A stretch of 64,000 nucleotides of DNA. Origin: Raja brachyura (taxonomy: Eukaryota). Under the pieces are notes generated by a model that did no database searches, was not told the origin of the DNA, and saw only the letters and a list, made by a program, of their open reading frames with translations. Shown here one piece after another: positions 49,870-62,639 of this stretch. The DNA lies in NCBI GenBank assembly GCA_963514005.1, contig OY740808.1, positions 17,608,001 to 17,672,000 of the forward strand, read 5' to 3'. The stretch's first letter is position 1; each line of letters begins with the position of its first letter. A program made the translations under genes and the position numbers.

Positions 49870-51585
49870 GTAAGAGCGTTTACATCCCCAGACAATTCTA
49901 AACGTTTATAAAATAGCTGGAATCAAAATATTGTATTCAGGCAACTGGTGCTTCTTTCTTTTTCTACATCTGTCGATTTATATTATTTTCTGCTGAAGGC
50001 TACGCAAGGGAAATTGCTATTTAGTAGAATGTGGTAAACTGTAATGGGCAGTTTTGGAAATGTGCATGGGAATAGTGTGAGATGCTTTGAATATGAAATT
50101 GTGGTTTGTTGTTAACTAGTTAATATTCTGTAACCAATCATGAATACAAAAAAATTGTTTTTTCCCCCCTAACGTTATACATTTTCAGGATCAGGGGATT
50201 TATTGCCCACTGCTGAATGCCCTTGAGAATGTGATGAGGCTTCTCAAGCGTATGCACCTTCCTCAGCGTATGCAGTCCTGCAGGGCCACTGTTCCGCGGG
50301 GCAGGGTGTTGTAGGATTTACACCCAGCAACAACAAAGGGATGGAATTTCAGAGTGCTTTGTGATTCGGAGTGCAACCTAAGGTGCTGATGTTCCCAGGT
50401 GTCTGAAGATCTGTCCTTGGAGGTGGAGGTTGCAGATTTGTGAAGTGCTTTACACATAGTACATACACGTAGCTGCAATGCCTTTTGTAAATTGTACACA
50501 CCACAGCCACTGTACGTCAAGTTTTAAGGGTATGAATGTTTTAATTGGTAATAGTCTACCCAATTAAGTCTGGTGTTGCGTCCTGAATGGTATTACGTTT
50601 CTTGAGTGTTGTTGAGACTGCATCCATCCAGCCAATTGAAAAATATTCAATTGCACTACTGAGTTGTGTCGGAAATGGATCATTTATGGAGGGATCGACA
50701 ACCTCTGTCCTGCTCCTGTAGCCACAGTATCTGCACAATTTATTTGCCCATTCCAGTTAAAGTTCTATACTACGTAATGGAACTGGATTAATTGAGGATT
50801 GGGGAACAAAGCATTATCTTAATGGATAATGTAAATTATGAGATTTACTCTTTATCTACAAAGTTCAAAACAGCCATAGTGTTGTTAGACCAAACTCACA
50901 AAATGTTAAAAAAAAAATCTACATTTATAAAATTACCAGAAACTAATGGATACTACAAGAGTAACACATGGACTGTTTCAGCAAAGAGCAGATACAAAAT
51001 AGTAAATTATAGCCCGGAATCCATTGAGGTTCACATAAAGAATGATAGAGATTCATGTGATTTAAAGAAAAACAGAGAATGATAGAACATTGCAGAAATC
51101 TGCCCAACATATGTTAAGAGAAATTGTGAAATTGTTAAAGAGAGACAGAGTGAGATAGAGAGAGAAATGTGTGATATTTATACGTGATTCTGTTGGAACT
51201 TCAGATTGTTTCAGGGAGCTTATAATTTTGGTGAGTGGCACACCCATCGAGTAAAAAACTGCAGATGTCACAGTTAAAAAAAAATGCCAGTAGATGTTAG
51301 CCCATTATACTTTTTCTTGGAATATTGTGAAATCGGCAAGATAGTTGCATACTATTGTCTAAATATATGCAAAAGCAAATTTTGATGGGAGAATTGGTGA
51401 GACCTCTCAACAAGTTCTTGTTCTCACAGTTAGAGTGTTATTTCAGTAATGGAAACTCAGAATCTCGGGTATGTGCTATATGGCAGATTATATTATTTCT
51501 TGGCAATGGACACATTAATTTCAGGTTGTATTACGTTACATATAGTTTTTGTGACAAACGAAGGTAGAAATAAATGAATAGTATG

Positions 51586-51795
51586 GTTTAATTCTGAGAA
51601 CAAGTCTTATTCAACTGTTTTGTGGGCATAGCTGGCAAATGAATAACTAAATATCAGTGATTTGCAGCATAAAGTAGTTAAATTCTGAGAGGACAGAATT
51701 TAACCATTTCATGCTGCAAATCACTGATATGTAGTTATTCATTTGCCAGCTATGCCCACAAAACAGTTGAATTGGACTTGTTCTCAGGATTAAAC
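51586..51795. repeat. 210-bp inverted repeat (102-bp arms, 6-nt loop); MITE-like hairpin
   Basis: Arm 51586-51687 is the reverse complement of 51694-51795, with about 7 mismatches counted by eye; loop AGAGGA. Confidence 0.92.
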
Positions 51796-51852
51796 AGACA
51801 TTTTACAGAAATCCTCTGTTATCTGTCCTCTGTTAGGGTTTTCTCTGCAACA

Positions 51853-51912
51853 ATGGCATCTGAACAGAACCCAACGCCCAAGCAGCACCCCACATCGACC
51901 GCTGCCCATAAG
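51853..51912 (+). CDS. CRYBB2: CRYBB2 first coding exon (MASEQNPTPKQHPTSTAAHK)
   Basis: Acceptor ctctgttag at 51836; acaATGG Kozak context; donor AAG|GTTAGT. Confidence 0.92.
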
Positions 51913-52096
51913 GTTAGTTCTTGCTGTCTTCATTCAGAACTATCGATCAATAAAGTTTGAATTCTGATTCAATTAAAACAAGGGAATGATACTTCCTAAA
52001 CCACTGGACTATCAATTCAAAATTCATTGTTTTCTCGATTTCTTATTTGTAATAATGGCTACGTCAGCAGAATCTCATTTTATGACACCGTTTCAG

Positions 52097-52215
52097 ATTG
52101 TCCTGTTTGAGCAAGAAAACTTCCAGGGTCGTTTTCATGAGTTGAATGGTCCCTGCCCCAATTTGAAAGAAGCCGGATTGGGAAAAGTTGGTTCCCTTGT
52201 GGTGCACTGTGGACC
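52097..52215 (+). CDS. CRYBB2: CRYBB2 exon, Greek key 1 ([27 protein letters not shown]...)
   Basis: 119 nt; acceptor tttcag; donor GTAAGT; [12 protein letters not shown] is diagnostic of betaB2. Confidence 0.97.
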
Positions 52216-52429
52216 GTAAGTATTACATGGAATTCTGCAGAATCTGCAACTAACCACTTTGAGCACTTTATGCTCCTATTTTCAGGATTAATGTTTACTG
52301 CAGTCTATTGAAATTTAAAACAAACTGCAGATTCTGGGATCCCGGAATAAAAATAAGAATGCCTTTCTACAGATGCCTCCTCACCTGTGTAGTGTTCATG
52401 TCTTTCGTAGTGTCATAGAGCAAGGCACT

Positions 52430-53110
52430 CAGCCTAATCCATCCAAGCTGACCAGGTATACCCTGTTGCTCTTACTATGCCTGTAAAATCTGTAAAACAA
52501 ATTTCCTTTACCTTGACCGCCAGATCTACCTCATGTCCTCTATTTGTCCTCCTGATTTCCCAATCAAGTATACACCCACTTGTGTATACGTTTCTTGTAT
52601 TCCTCGAGGGATTCGCTTGATCCCAGCTGCCAATACCTGACATTTGCCGAACTGTTAACCCTTATACGGTTCCCTACTCCTGCCAGCCTTGCCCTTCACT
52701 CTAATGAAGCATGCTGCCCCTGGACTCTCCTAATCTCATCTTTAAATGCCTCCCATTTGCCAAACATCCCTTTACCTGTAAACAGCATCCCCCCAATCAA
52801 CCTCTGCAGGTTCCTGTCTAATACGTTCAACAATGGCCTTGCTCCAATTTAGGATTTTCACTTGTGGACCAGTCCTATCTTTTACACGACTATTTTTAAA
52901 CTAATGCAATTATGGTCACTTGTCCTAAAGTGTTTCCCTAACAAAGCTTCAAACACTTGCCTTGCCTCATTCCACAATAGGAGATCCACTATTTTGCCCT
53001 CACTGGGAGGGCCTTCTATATATTGTTGATGAAAACATTCCTGGGCATACTCAGGAAATGTCACCCATTTGCGCAATGTGTTTCCCAATCAATACGAGGC
53101 AAGTTAAAAA
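52430..53110 (-). mobile_element. Degenerate CR1 endonuclease-region fragment in a CRYBB2 intron
   Basis: QQYIEGP....VDLLLWNE..HFRTSDHNCISLKIV APE-like motif. Confidence 0.6.
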
Positions 53111-53347
53111 TCACCTCCTATCTTGAGCATTATTATCATGATTGAGTCAGCCATAGGCCAAATGTCCTTACTGAGGAAATAGATATACGAGTTATCGTGC
53201 TTGGAGATTCATTTGAACCAAAAAAAAATCTGGTCTCTGCAACTGGTAATGAGCAACATTAGATCACTCCAACTAATAAATATTTTTGTTATGAGAGGGT
53301 AACAGTTATTACTGTCCAAAACCAAACATTGTTTATTTTATTTTCAG

Positions 53348-53480
53348 ATGGATTGGCTATGAACAGACTGGCTGCAAGGGTGAACAGTTTGTGTTTGAGA
53401 AAGGAGAATATCCTCGCTGGGACACATGGACAAACAGTCGCCGAAGTGACAACATTGGTTCCTTCAAGCCTGTGAAACTG
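53348..53480 (+). CDS. CRYBB2: CRYBB2 exon, Greek key 2 ([34 protein letters not shown]...)
   Basis: 133 nt; acceptor ttttcag; donor GTACGT. Confidence 0.97.
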
Positions 53481-53671
53481 GTACGTTGGTATTTATCACA
53501 CAGCTAACTAACCAACCATCATCAGAGCAGCAGAAATGCAGGACTTTTTAAATGTCCAAATGGTTTACTCAAGTCTTATCAATAGGGAAAGTTGCAGGAC
53601 CGGCTGTCCATGCTGAGTTCGCTGATCTCAACCAAGACAGCAGGGGAGCTGATAGAATTGTTCTTGGTACT

Positions 53672-53848
53672 TAGAAACATAGAAAATAGGTGCAGGAGGA
53701 GGCCATTCGGCCCTTCGAGCCAGCACCGCCATTCATTGTGATCATGGCTGATCGTCCGCTATCAATAACCCGTGCTTGCCTTCTCCCCATATCCCTTGAC
53801 TCCACTAGCCCCTAGAGCTCTATCCAATTCTCTCTCAAATCCTCTTAA
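53672..53848 (-). mobile_element. CR1 3' end
   Basis: Reverse complement of the CR1 tail. Confidence 0.85.
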
Positions 53849-55919
53849 AACTTGTTCAACCTACTTGTCAGGTAGGGACCTAACAAATTGTTTAGGAAAG
53901 AGACTGGATTCCAATCAGTAATCAACAATTCCGTAACAAAACGTCCAAAACAGTAACAACAGATAGAAGATGCTTGTGTGCTGAGAATATGGAAAATATT
54001 AAATTGAAATTTTGAAATTCAGAATGTCTGTTGATCATTTGATGGTAATTTCCAGATTTTTATTTTCAATTTCCTCTCTCTTTTTCTATGCCCTCCACAT
54101 AAATATATTTCCTGTTGGTGGAGAAAATTTCACAGTTGACAACTCTTATTTCGTGTTTCACCCAAATATTGTAACTGCTCCTCCTGTGTGAGCCAAAGAG
54201 CTATTAGACTTTTGGGGCATTAAAGTCAAACTTACCCTATCCTCAATGAGTATCCATGCCAATTTTCCAACCTGAGTCATTAGGCTGATGTGAAGACTGA
54301 TAATCCTAATTTATTCCTTCAACAGAGAGAGAAAAAATGGATCAAGTTCTCAAACTTGATTAATGTCTGGATAAGATCACAACCTGGAGCAGGATATCTT
54401 TCGATACGTAGTTCTTAACAATATGAAGAGAAAGATTTGCTAATTTGGCCATCAGGCTTTCTTAATCACTATCCAGAGTGACAATGTTTTGTACTATCTT
54501 TTACTATTTGTTCTAAGACAAAGTTTCTATAACCAAGGCAGGTCATACGCACAGGCATGGCGAGCTACAAGTACGATGAAAATCTTGCTTGCAGAATGGG
54601 CACATAGTCTCAGACAAACATGCCAAAACAAAATTACACATCACTTCTTCAAGACTGTAAAAAACAAGAAAGGAACGTGCAAAAGGAAGACATAAGTACA
54701 AAACACAATTAGGAACAAAAAAACAAGTCAACAGCAGTGCATAAAATTAAGTTGTGATAGTCTTGAAACGGAGGCTGGACCACTCCAACACATATAAAAC
54801 AAGTTACATATGATAGTATCAGTAAGCCCGAAACTTCTGTAAATTATTAGTGAGTAGAACTTTAACCATCAGTCCACTTTAAAAAAAATGAAGATTCATA
54901 CCATTATGTAACAAAGCAGTTATTCTCAAAACACCTTGTATAGGAACAATTAGAGGCATTTTTTTAGTGGAATTAATAACTCTCATCATTATATTCTTCA
55001 GATTCTGTTAATTTAGAACTGAGTTCGCTTTAGCTATGTAAATACTTCAGACATTCTGTCTATGATTGAGAGACAACACTTACTTCCTAATTGTAATATT
55101 TTGCATCAGGACTGACCTGTTTGCTATGTTACCAATTATGGTTGCTCCCAAGGCCAGATTTTACAAAGTTTGGTGTTTCTGATTTGAGGATGGTCAATGA
55201 GCAAAGCAAAGCTGGATAGTCTTTCTTTGAAGATTCCCCTCCAAAAATAATCTATTTCTCAAGCTATCACTCATCTTCAATTTTCCTTTGTATTCCAAAG
55301 TCCCTAGCCATGGTGCTGCCTTTGAATTACACAGCCATCTTTCCCAGAAACCTTGAATGAGATTTCTAACCCTGCCACTTTAAGAGAACCCTTACGCAAG
55401 TTACAGCTGGCATTCGAAATGACTGGGGCTTTAATAAGCCATCCGTATGACTATGTGTAACCTATGATATAGTTGATTACATCATTGCATTTTTTTTTCA
55501 TCTGCACCTTCTCCGGTGCTGTGACGCTATAAAGCTGTAGCTCTACATTCTGCCCCCTGGGTATTTTTCTCTTTATCCTATCTGTATGCTTGTACGTGGC
55601 TTGATTGTACTCGTGTGTGGTGTCTTTAGCTGGACAACATGCAAAACAAAGCTTTTCACTATATCTCAGCCCACATGACAACAATAAACCAATACCAACC
55701 ACCTCAGTTGTGTGTGATGGCGCTTACCTGTTGTCCATCCAGTCAATTGTAGTCGATCACCTACAATGGCTTTCCTTCTTTCTCCAGCAGTTACCCTGGG
55801 ATCCACCCTTGGCCCAATCCCATTTCTCATTTACATGCTTCATCTCGGCAACATAAATGTAACATCAAGTTCTACTTGAGAGGAGGAGGACTTATCTTTT
55901 TATGTCATTGCATTTACAG

Positions 55920-56062
55920 GATGGGCATGAGCACAAGATCATTCTTTATGAAAACCCCACCTTCACTGGAAAGAAAATTGAAATCATTGATGATGATGTA
56001 CCAAGTTTCCATGCTCATGGATACCAGGAAAAAGTGTCATCCATTCGTGTTCTAAATGGAAC
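55920..56062 (+). CDS. CRYBB2: CRYBB2 exon, Greek key 3 ([41 protein letters not shown]...)
   Basis: 143 nt; acceptor catttacag; donor GTGAGT. Confidence 0.97.
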
Positions 56063-57227
56063 GTGAGTACTGAGAGAAGTCTATTAGAAAAAAAAGCTTT
56101 CTATTTACATCTTCTGACTCTGACACATGCTAAAAATCCTCCCATTAGACAAGCTTATTTTCTTAATGTGGGGAACTAGTGATGGGTGCTGCAGCTGCTT
56201 TTTGACCTCCTTCCATCAATAGACCCGGTGAAGACTTTTGCCAGACTTCTACAACTACAAGCTCATTGTGGAGCGCAGACCATCATTGACCTATCCATGC
56301 AAGTGTTTACTGCAGCTTGTAGATTTTCTAAAATCCTTGACTCCTCCAATAATGAAAAAGAGAAATATAAAATTAGATTTCTATTCCTACCTTAAAAGGA
56401 TTGGGTTTGCATTTTTAATTTATCAAATTCTCACTTGAAATGTATGCTATCCATTTCAAAACTGGATAGGTGGCAACGAAAGACAAAATGTAAGTCCTTT
56501 TCAAGGGATCACATTGGTGCTGTGAGTGAAAAGTATGGCTTCAATATTTTTGAACAAATTGTTGAAAATGTTAGAGGAACAAGTCTAGACCTGTTGTCTT
56601 CAAGCTATGAATATGACAGTCCTAAACCTAATCTGTCACTTAAAGATTTATCCACAAAATTATTCCAAAATACAACATTTGGCTTGATAGGAAGGCTTAG
56701 AGGAATTTACATTACAATAAGTCAACAGAGGCCGAGCCAAACCTCAGTGCTCCATAATCAATCAAAACAACAGGTTGAGATTGTACCCTCATCACAAGGC
56801 CATAATAGTATTCATCTTTCATGAGACATTTTTACTGTTTTTGTCTCCACAAAAAAAAGCGAATTAAAAGTTAGCATTTATATCGCTACTTTCATAATGT
56901 CCCAAAGTATGTTTCAATTACAGTTTGGGATCCACCACCCGAGACAATGGACATGACTCAGTATGTTTCTTGATCTGAAACTCTTGCCTCGAAAGGTTTA
57001 AATCCCTTTATGGAATGGAAGGGTCATTCAATTATATTTAATATTTCCACTTCCTTTCTGGGCAGTGTTGCCACCCAACTAGTTGTTTTCCGTCTCTAGT
57101 TAGCTCAGCTGAAATCAGTTAGTTCAGTATTGGACTTGGGGGTTGGAAGTCTGTCTGTTGGACCTCTTTTCAATTGTGAAGTTGAGAGTTTGTGGCATTC
57201 CTCTTCCATGTTTCATTTTATTTTCAG

Positions 57228-57396
57228 ATGGGTTGGTTACCAGTACCCAGGCTACAGAGGCTACCAATATTTGCTGGAGAAGAAGGAATACAAGGACAAT
57301 AGTGAATTTGGAGCCCAACAGCCTCAGATCCAGTCTGTCAGACGTATTAGGGATATGCAGTGGCATCAGAGGGGTGTCTTTCATCCCACCAATTGA
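57228..57396 (+). CDS. CRYBB2: CRYBB2 last exon ([18 protein letters not shown]...[16 protein letters not shown])
   Basis: Acceptor ttttattttcag; C-terminus QWHQRG.FHP.N matches betaB2. Confidence 0.97.
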
Positions 57397-58399
57397 ACAG
57401 CACCTCTGCTCCAGTCGTCAGTTTCTCACCGAATTGCTGCTAAATTCCTAACTACAGGTTAAACAACTGCTTTCCCACAATATTCTGTATGAATATGTCA
57501 GCTGAACCAACCCAATAAAATCCTGCATTTCAAACTCATCTCCTCTATCATGTGTTTTCTTTTTAAATATGAACTGGCTTAACAGCAAGGGAGGTGGAGG
57601 GAAGAAACACTGGATTTGCCACAAAATTGATCCTATTGAACGGCATTTACAGAGATGTTCTGTGGGAATAATTCCTCCAATGGTTTGGCTGTAAAACAAT
57701 ATTAGATAGGGAGTGGATGACAATGTGGTTGGTTACATATTTTCCGAAACAGGTATCAAAAACGCAGCTTAAGTATCACTCTTCATCACTATCCAATTGT
57801 ATGTATTGGAAAGTGTCTGGGTCAACTGTGACGTTGACTGCTCAGGAATGTCTTACATGGGTGCTGGACAGTGATCAGCATTCTACAAACAAAAACTTTC
57901 TCAGATTCCCCAACAACTACTTTTGTTAAGGAATCTGGAAAATTGCAGCTATCTACCAATTTATGTTTATGTATTTAGTTTACGAATTTATGTAACCAGC
58001 AGGACACAATGAGGAGACGATAGGAAACTTAAACTTACTGGCAAACCTTGAAAAGAGTAAGGGGATACCACTGCATCATGTAACACTATGGCCAGTACTA
58101 CATAACTAACATTTTTTTAAGTGAAGAAACAAACTCTTCAGGTCAGTGAGCATCTGTGGAGGGAATGCATGGTCAACATTTGGGGTCATTTGACAGTCCA
58201 GATGAAGGATCTCATCCCAAAATGTCGACTACCTATTTCTATCCTCAGATGCTGCTTGGCCTGTTGAGCACCTCCAACATCTAAAGTCTCTTGTGCCTAA
58301 CTTTTTTTTTGTTTAATATTTGACCATTTGATACATTTTGGAATACTGAACTGTTAAATGAGGTGAGCAGGTTTTCACACAGTTCTCTCCTGGTAGCAT

Positions 58400-58730
58400 T
58401 GATCCTTGAGCAGAATTGAACGTTGTTGCACATTGCACATCCAAGCTAAGGTACAGCTTCATCACCAGAGCTATAGCTGCTCTGAACCGGCCCTGCTGAG
58501 TGCCCCCCACCCCCATGAACTGTCTCCCTCGGATGGTCACGTCGCACAGACACATTTGCACTTTAGACTGTTTTGACTGTTTTACTGTTCTTTTTATAAA
58601 CCATGTTCTTGGGGTATCTAAACCTAAATGTTATTAGTTGTTTAAGTTATGACATCGGATGGAAGCTGCAAACCAAATCTCGTTGCACATGTGTGCAATG
58701 ACAATAAAATATATTATTATTATTATTATA
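58400..58730 (+). mobile_element. Rex1-like LINE 3' end with (ATT)n tail
   Basis: SFITRAIAALN-like end of ORF, hairpin ttgcacatgtgtgcaa, then gacaataaa and (att)n. Confidence 0.65.
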
Positions 58731-59641
58731 AGAGGTGTAAACTACAAATACAGATCTTGTTAGTCTTGTGTCATACAACAATGTGACCACTGAATGGCAG
58801 TGCAGGCTTGTGACAATAGACAATGGTCAGAACATTTGCAACAATCCAGGGTAAAGAATGAAGTGGTTCATATCAGCGACACCGAACAATGATGATGTGC
58901 ACAATGTACCCCACCTTTGGTTGCATATCAAATAACTTTCAACTTCAACTCTCATGGGATTAATCATCCAATTATTTTACTTTGAGGCCCATTTAACAAA
59001 ATACAAATTGGTGGTCCACATTTTTTGTGCGAAAAAGAGAAAACCTCTGGTCTCAGCAGCAAACCACATCGCACAGAACTGCCAAAATACCCAGTATGGT
59101 TAGTGTGTGATATTTCAGCTCTGAACTACTGAAAACATTAAACAATAATCTCATATTTTCGTCCAATTCATTGTAAAACCATAGCTCTGACATTTAGTCA
59201 TATTACTGTCAATTTCAGTAAAAACTAAACAGCAATAGTTTTACTATCTGGATCTGATACTCGAAATTTGACAAGAAGACACTGACTGTGCAACCTCATA
59301 GCACGGTGCCTTTCATGAATGCCATCACTGTAATGCTAGAAACCTTCCAGGTTTGACCCCGACAGTCGAACGCTGTTAGCTGGTCACTGAGCTTCAATGA
59401 GCCTGGCAGTTCTATTTGGAACCTGCTGAATACAGTGACAGCTCTGGAACATTTTGCATCTGGCTTTTCAAATAATGTACCCCTTGAAAAAAGTTGCTAA
59501 GTTTCAGTACTAACATAACTTCATTTGCAGCTGCAGCAGCTATATTTCCTTTTCCCTCTAAACTCACCAGCTTTGCAAAAGGTTAAAAAAAAAGAAATAA
59601 AAGTGTGTGTGTTAACAGTGGGAATAGCTCAACGCGATTGG

Positions 59642-59787
59642 TTACTTGTCCCACTCAATGTCGTCACGCTGCAGGATGCTGTTAAACATGAACTCTGGCC
59701 TGGAAAACGGGAAGTCCACGCCACAGAGATTGTTAGATCTTTGTTGGCACTTCACAGTCATTGGTGAATGTGTGTTAACCTTATAAT
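59642..59787 (-). CDS. Predicted last coding exon of an unidentified minus-strand gene (..YKVNTHSPMTVKCQQRSNNLCGVDFPFSRPEFMFNSILQRDDIEWDK*)
   Basis: Acceptor catttgcctag; phase-1 start matches the upstream exon; TAA at 59642-59644. Confidence 0.6.
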
Positions 59788-59954
59788 CTAGGCAAATGTT
59801 GCAAGCAAATAGGCAACATGAGATCCCTGTTTTTGCCTGTACTGATTTTATCTGATTTAGGTGGTGCAATAATAATTTCACTGCTACCAGAAAGATAACT
59901 TAATCAAAGATCCTCTAATGATTGGTAGCAGGAGTATGTATATACTCAGTATAG

Positions 59955-60257
59955 TACATAGTACATAGGACATAGTACAGCACAGGATCAGGCTCTTCAG
60001 ACACATGGTCTGTGACGAACATGATGCCTGCACTTGATACCCCTCCATATCCATATGCCCATTTGAAAGCCACTTAATTGCCACTGTTTTACATGCCTCT
60101 ATCACCACCCCTGGCAGAATGTTCCAGACACCCATCACCGGCTGTGTAAAGACAACATGCCCCGGTCGTCTCCTTTAAACTTTTCCCCTCTTCTCTTAAA
60201 GCTACGGTCTCTACTCTTTGACATTTCCACCCTGGGAAAAGGGTTCCGACTGTCTAT
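59955..60257 (-). mobile_element. Degenerate CR1 3' fragment
   Basis: FPRVEMSKSR..FK.RGEKFKGD.RG and GVWNILPGVVIEA. Confidence 0.75.
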
Positions 60258-61183
60258 ACCATCATGAATATATCTATCATATATATATGTATAAGACTGA
60301 AGAACGGTTGTGTTACTCCAGAAATTCTCTCTACTTCTTCCAACTGTAGCCCTCATGATTCTAAATAGTTCTTATCAGATCTTCTTGTTCCCTCTGTTCC
60401 AAGGAGAGTAATCCCATCTTCTCCAGTCCATCCATAAACCTAAAGTACCTCATGCATTGAATTATTTTGGTAAACCTATTCTTGACCCTCTACAAAGTCT
60501 TCGCAACATTCGTCAAGTGTTGGTGCTTGGAACTGGGCATAATACAGGCCATTCGGGTAACAGAAATTCACAAATCACTACTGTAAAGTTGGAGAATCGG
60601 AATGAAATCCACTCTCACAACATTTACTTGGAAAAAAAATCAAATAAATAAAAACAAAATGGTTTTTGTTTTGCGTTTCTTGATGCATGCGTGGATAACT
60701 GGGCGAGGCATTCTGGAAGATCGTGTGCAGAATGTCTACCCAGAACTGAGAACAGGGTATGTAGTGGACACGTACAGTCCAGCTGTGGGCTGAACCACTG
60801 CATTTTAAAGGCTCTATGTGACTTCCTTGCTCTTGGACAATTTGATTCCAATAAATTGCCAAATACAATTCCTCTTTTATAAGACCACCGTAACTCTGCT
60901 TAATTATAGGATTTTTATTTTTAATGTCCCACTACTACCTCCATAACCATGGATTGCAGCACTTTCCTGATAATACATGCAAGGATATCTGACAATTTTT
61001 CTGCTATCCTCCGATGTCTTTATAAATAATGCTTTTGTATTAATTTGTAAAAACATCTCGAGGCCCTTTCATACATGCTGAAACTTCATGTCATCAAAAA
61101 ACTGCACACCATTCCCATGCAAAATATCCAATCCATTGCAGTAGGCTTTGTTTACACTGCTGAAGTGGTTGTCCTATTCATAC

Positions 61184-61221
61184 TTGCAGCTGTTGGGAAT
61201 AATTCTACCAGTATTAACAAT
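61184..61221 (-). CDS. Predicted 38-nt exon of the unidentified gene (R-LLILVELFPTAA)
   Basis: Acceptor ttttgtggtttaccag; donor CAA|GTATGA; phase 2 to 1, bridging the flanking exons exactly. Confidence 0.55.
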
Positions 61222-61382
61222 CTGGTAAACCACAAAATATAATAGAAAATAATCTGCAAAAACATTCTGAACAAAGCCATGTTCTTATTAACTTGCGGGT
61301 ACAAGTATTTTTGACGTGCATAGGCAGAAATCGTCACACGTTTGCATGCAAACGCAATGTAACCCTTTCCCTGTTTACATAC

Positions 61383-61441
61383 CTGTGAGGTAAATTCAGG
61401 TTAGTGGTCTGATTATCCGCCAATCTGGTACTCCAGATGAC
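61383..61441 (-). CDS. Predicted 59-nt exon of the unidentified gene (VIWSTRLADNQTTNLNLPH)
   Basis: Acceptor ttttgcattcccctag; strong donor CAG|GTATGT; only frame 0 is open. Confidence 0.65.
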
Positions 61442-61741
61442 CTAGGGGAATGCAAAACCAGCAGTGTTAGAGACGAGTTAAAGCAATTCAAAGAAAGCAA
61501 AAATATCTACATTTTTATCAATGCTTGTCTATTACATTTCAACAAGTAAAGGTAATAACCTAATTCTCCTTTAAAATTATTCAACCTTTAAAAAGCAAGT
61601 TTTGTTTTTTCTGTATTTGCTAAATGCTGTAAGAAACTTTAGGCCAAATTTAAAATTATGTACAGACATTTCAGAAGATATCAGGTCCCTTCCAAAGTTG
61701 CAAGGCTGTTCCTCTGATGGGCAGAGACACTGCCTTGTTAA

Positions 61742-61941
61742 ACACAAAAAGCTGGAGTAACTCAGCGGAACAGGCAACATCTCTGGAGAGAAGGAATGGG
61801 TGACGTTTCGGGTCGAGACCCTTCTTCAGACAGGTACATGACTCTCTAGATTCTCTCCAGAGATGCTACCTGTCCCGCCGAGTTACTCCAGCTTTTTGTG
61901 TCTATCTTTGGTTTAAACCAGCATCTGCAGTTCCTTCTTAC
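61742..61941. mobile_element. Short palindromic Penelope-derived insert with a 15-bp TSD
   Basis: Head-to-head copies of gctggagtaactcagcgg..gcatctctggaga; TSD acactgc(c/t)ttgttaa at 61727-61741 and 61942-61956. Confidence 0.85.
61798..61833 (-). ncRNA. Minimal hammerhead-ribozyme-like motif in a Penelope-derived terminal repeat
   Basis: Minus strand reads CTGAAGA-A-GGGTC-TC-GACCC-GAAAC-GTC-ACC: CUGANGA core, stem II, GAAA and a GUC triplet. Minimal HHRs are established in Penelope pLTRs; activity is untested here. Confidence 0.6.
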
Positions 61942-62527
61942 ACACTGCTTTGTTAAGCCCAACTCTGCTGGTGCATTTCCTGATTTGTATTTAACTATTC
62001 TCGGGTGACATCAGCAATGGAGCATTACCATAACCATAAAAGGTCCAAAGAGAAGACATTTTCAGCTAGGATTCCTGCTTAGAATCACTGGCTGGCTAAT
62101 TGTTTTTCCTAGAGGCTAGTGGTGGGGCAAAAAAGAAAACCTGTGTTAGCTATGCTAGCTTCAATATAAAATAGACGGTTTTAATATAGGCAACTGCGTT
62201 CTTCTGCGTTTTTCTGCGTTCAACAAATTCTGCCAGTTTGTCTGTTTTACTCAAATGTAAAACCCATCTTCATGGCTGGGAATTATTAAGTATGGAGCAT
62301 GAACTTCTAATGTGTTCCCTGTTGATCAGAAAATGCTGTCCGATGGACAGTGTAGAGAACTAAGATAAAAACCTGAAGATTTCACTAGCTGACAACCTTG
62401 GATTAGAAGGCAAGGTTCAAGCAATTGGCTTCAAAGTACTCTCTCTAAACGGGTTACCACCACTACCAATAAAACGCAGTGGTAGAAAACAGTAAAACAA
62501 CCATGTACCTCAGGCCTCAGCTGTTAC

Positions 62528-62602
62528 CTTTCGCTGCATACAAATGGTAACGTTTTGGCAGCTTTCCTGAATTTCCTGATAATCTCTATTATCTCCCACT
62601 AC
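62528..62602 (-). CDS. Predicted 75-nt exon of the unidentified gene (VVGDNRDYQEIQESCQNVTICMQRK)
   Basis: Acceptor ttattttctttgtaacag; donor AAG|GTAACA; phase 0 to 0. Confidence 0.65.
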
Positions 62603-62639
62603 CTGTTACAAAGAAAATAACTCCTGCATGATGACATTG

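Larger units (their letters stand above)
51853..57396 (+). other. CRYBB2: Beta-crystallin B2 gene (CDS span, 5 coding exons, 207 aa)
   Basis: Exons of 60+119+133+143+169 nt = 624 nt in frame; AATAAA at 57514. Confidence 0.96.
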
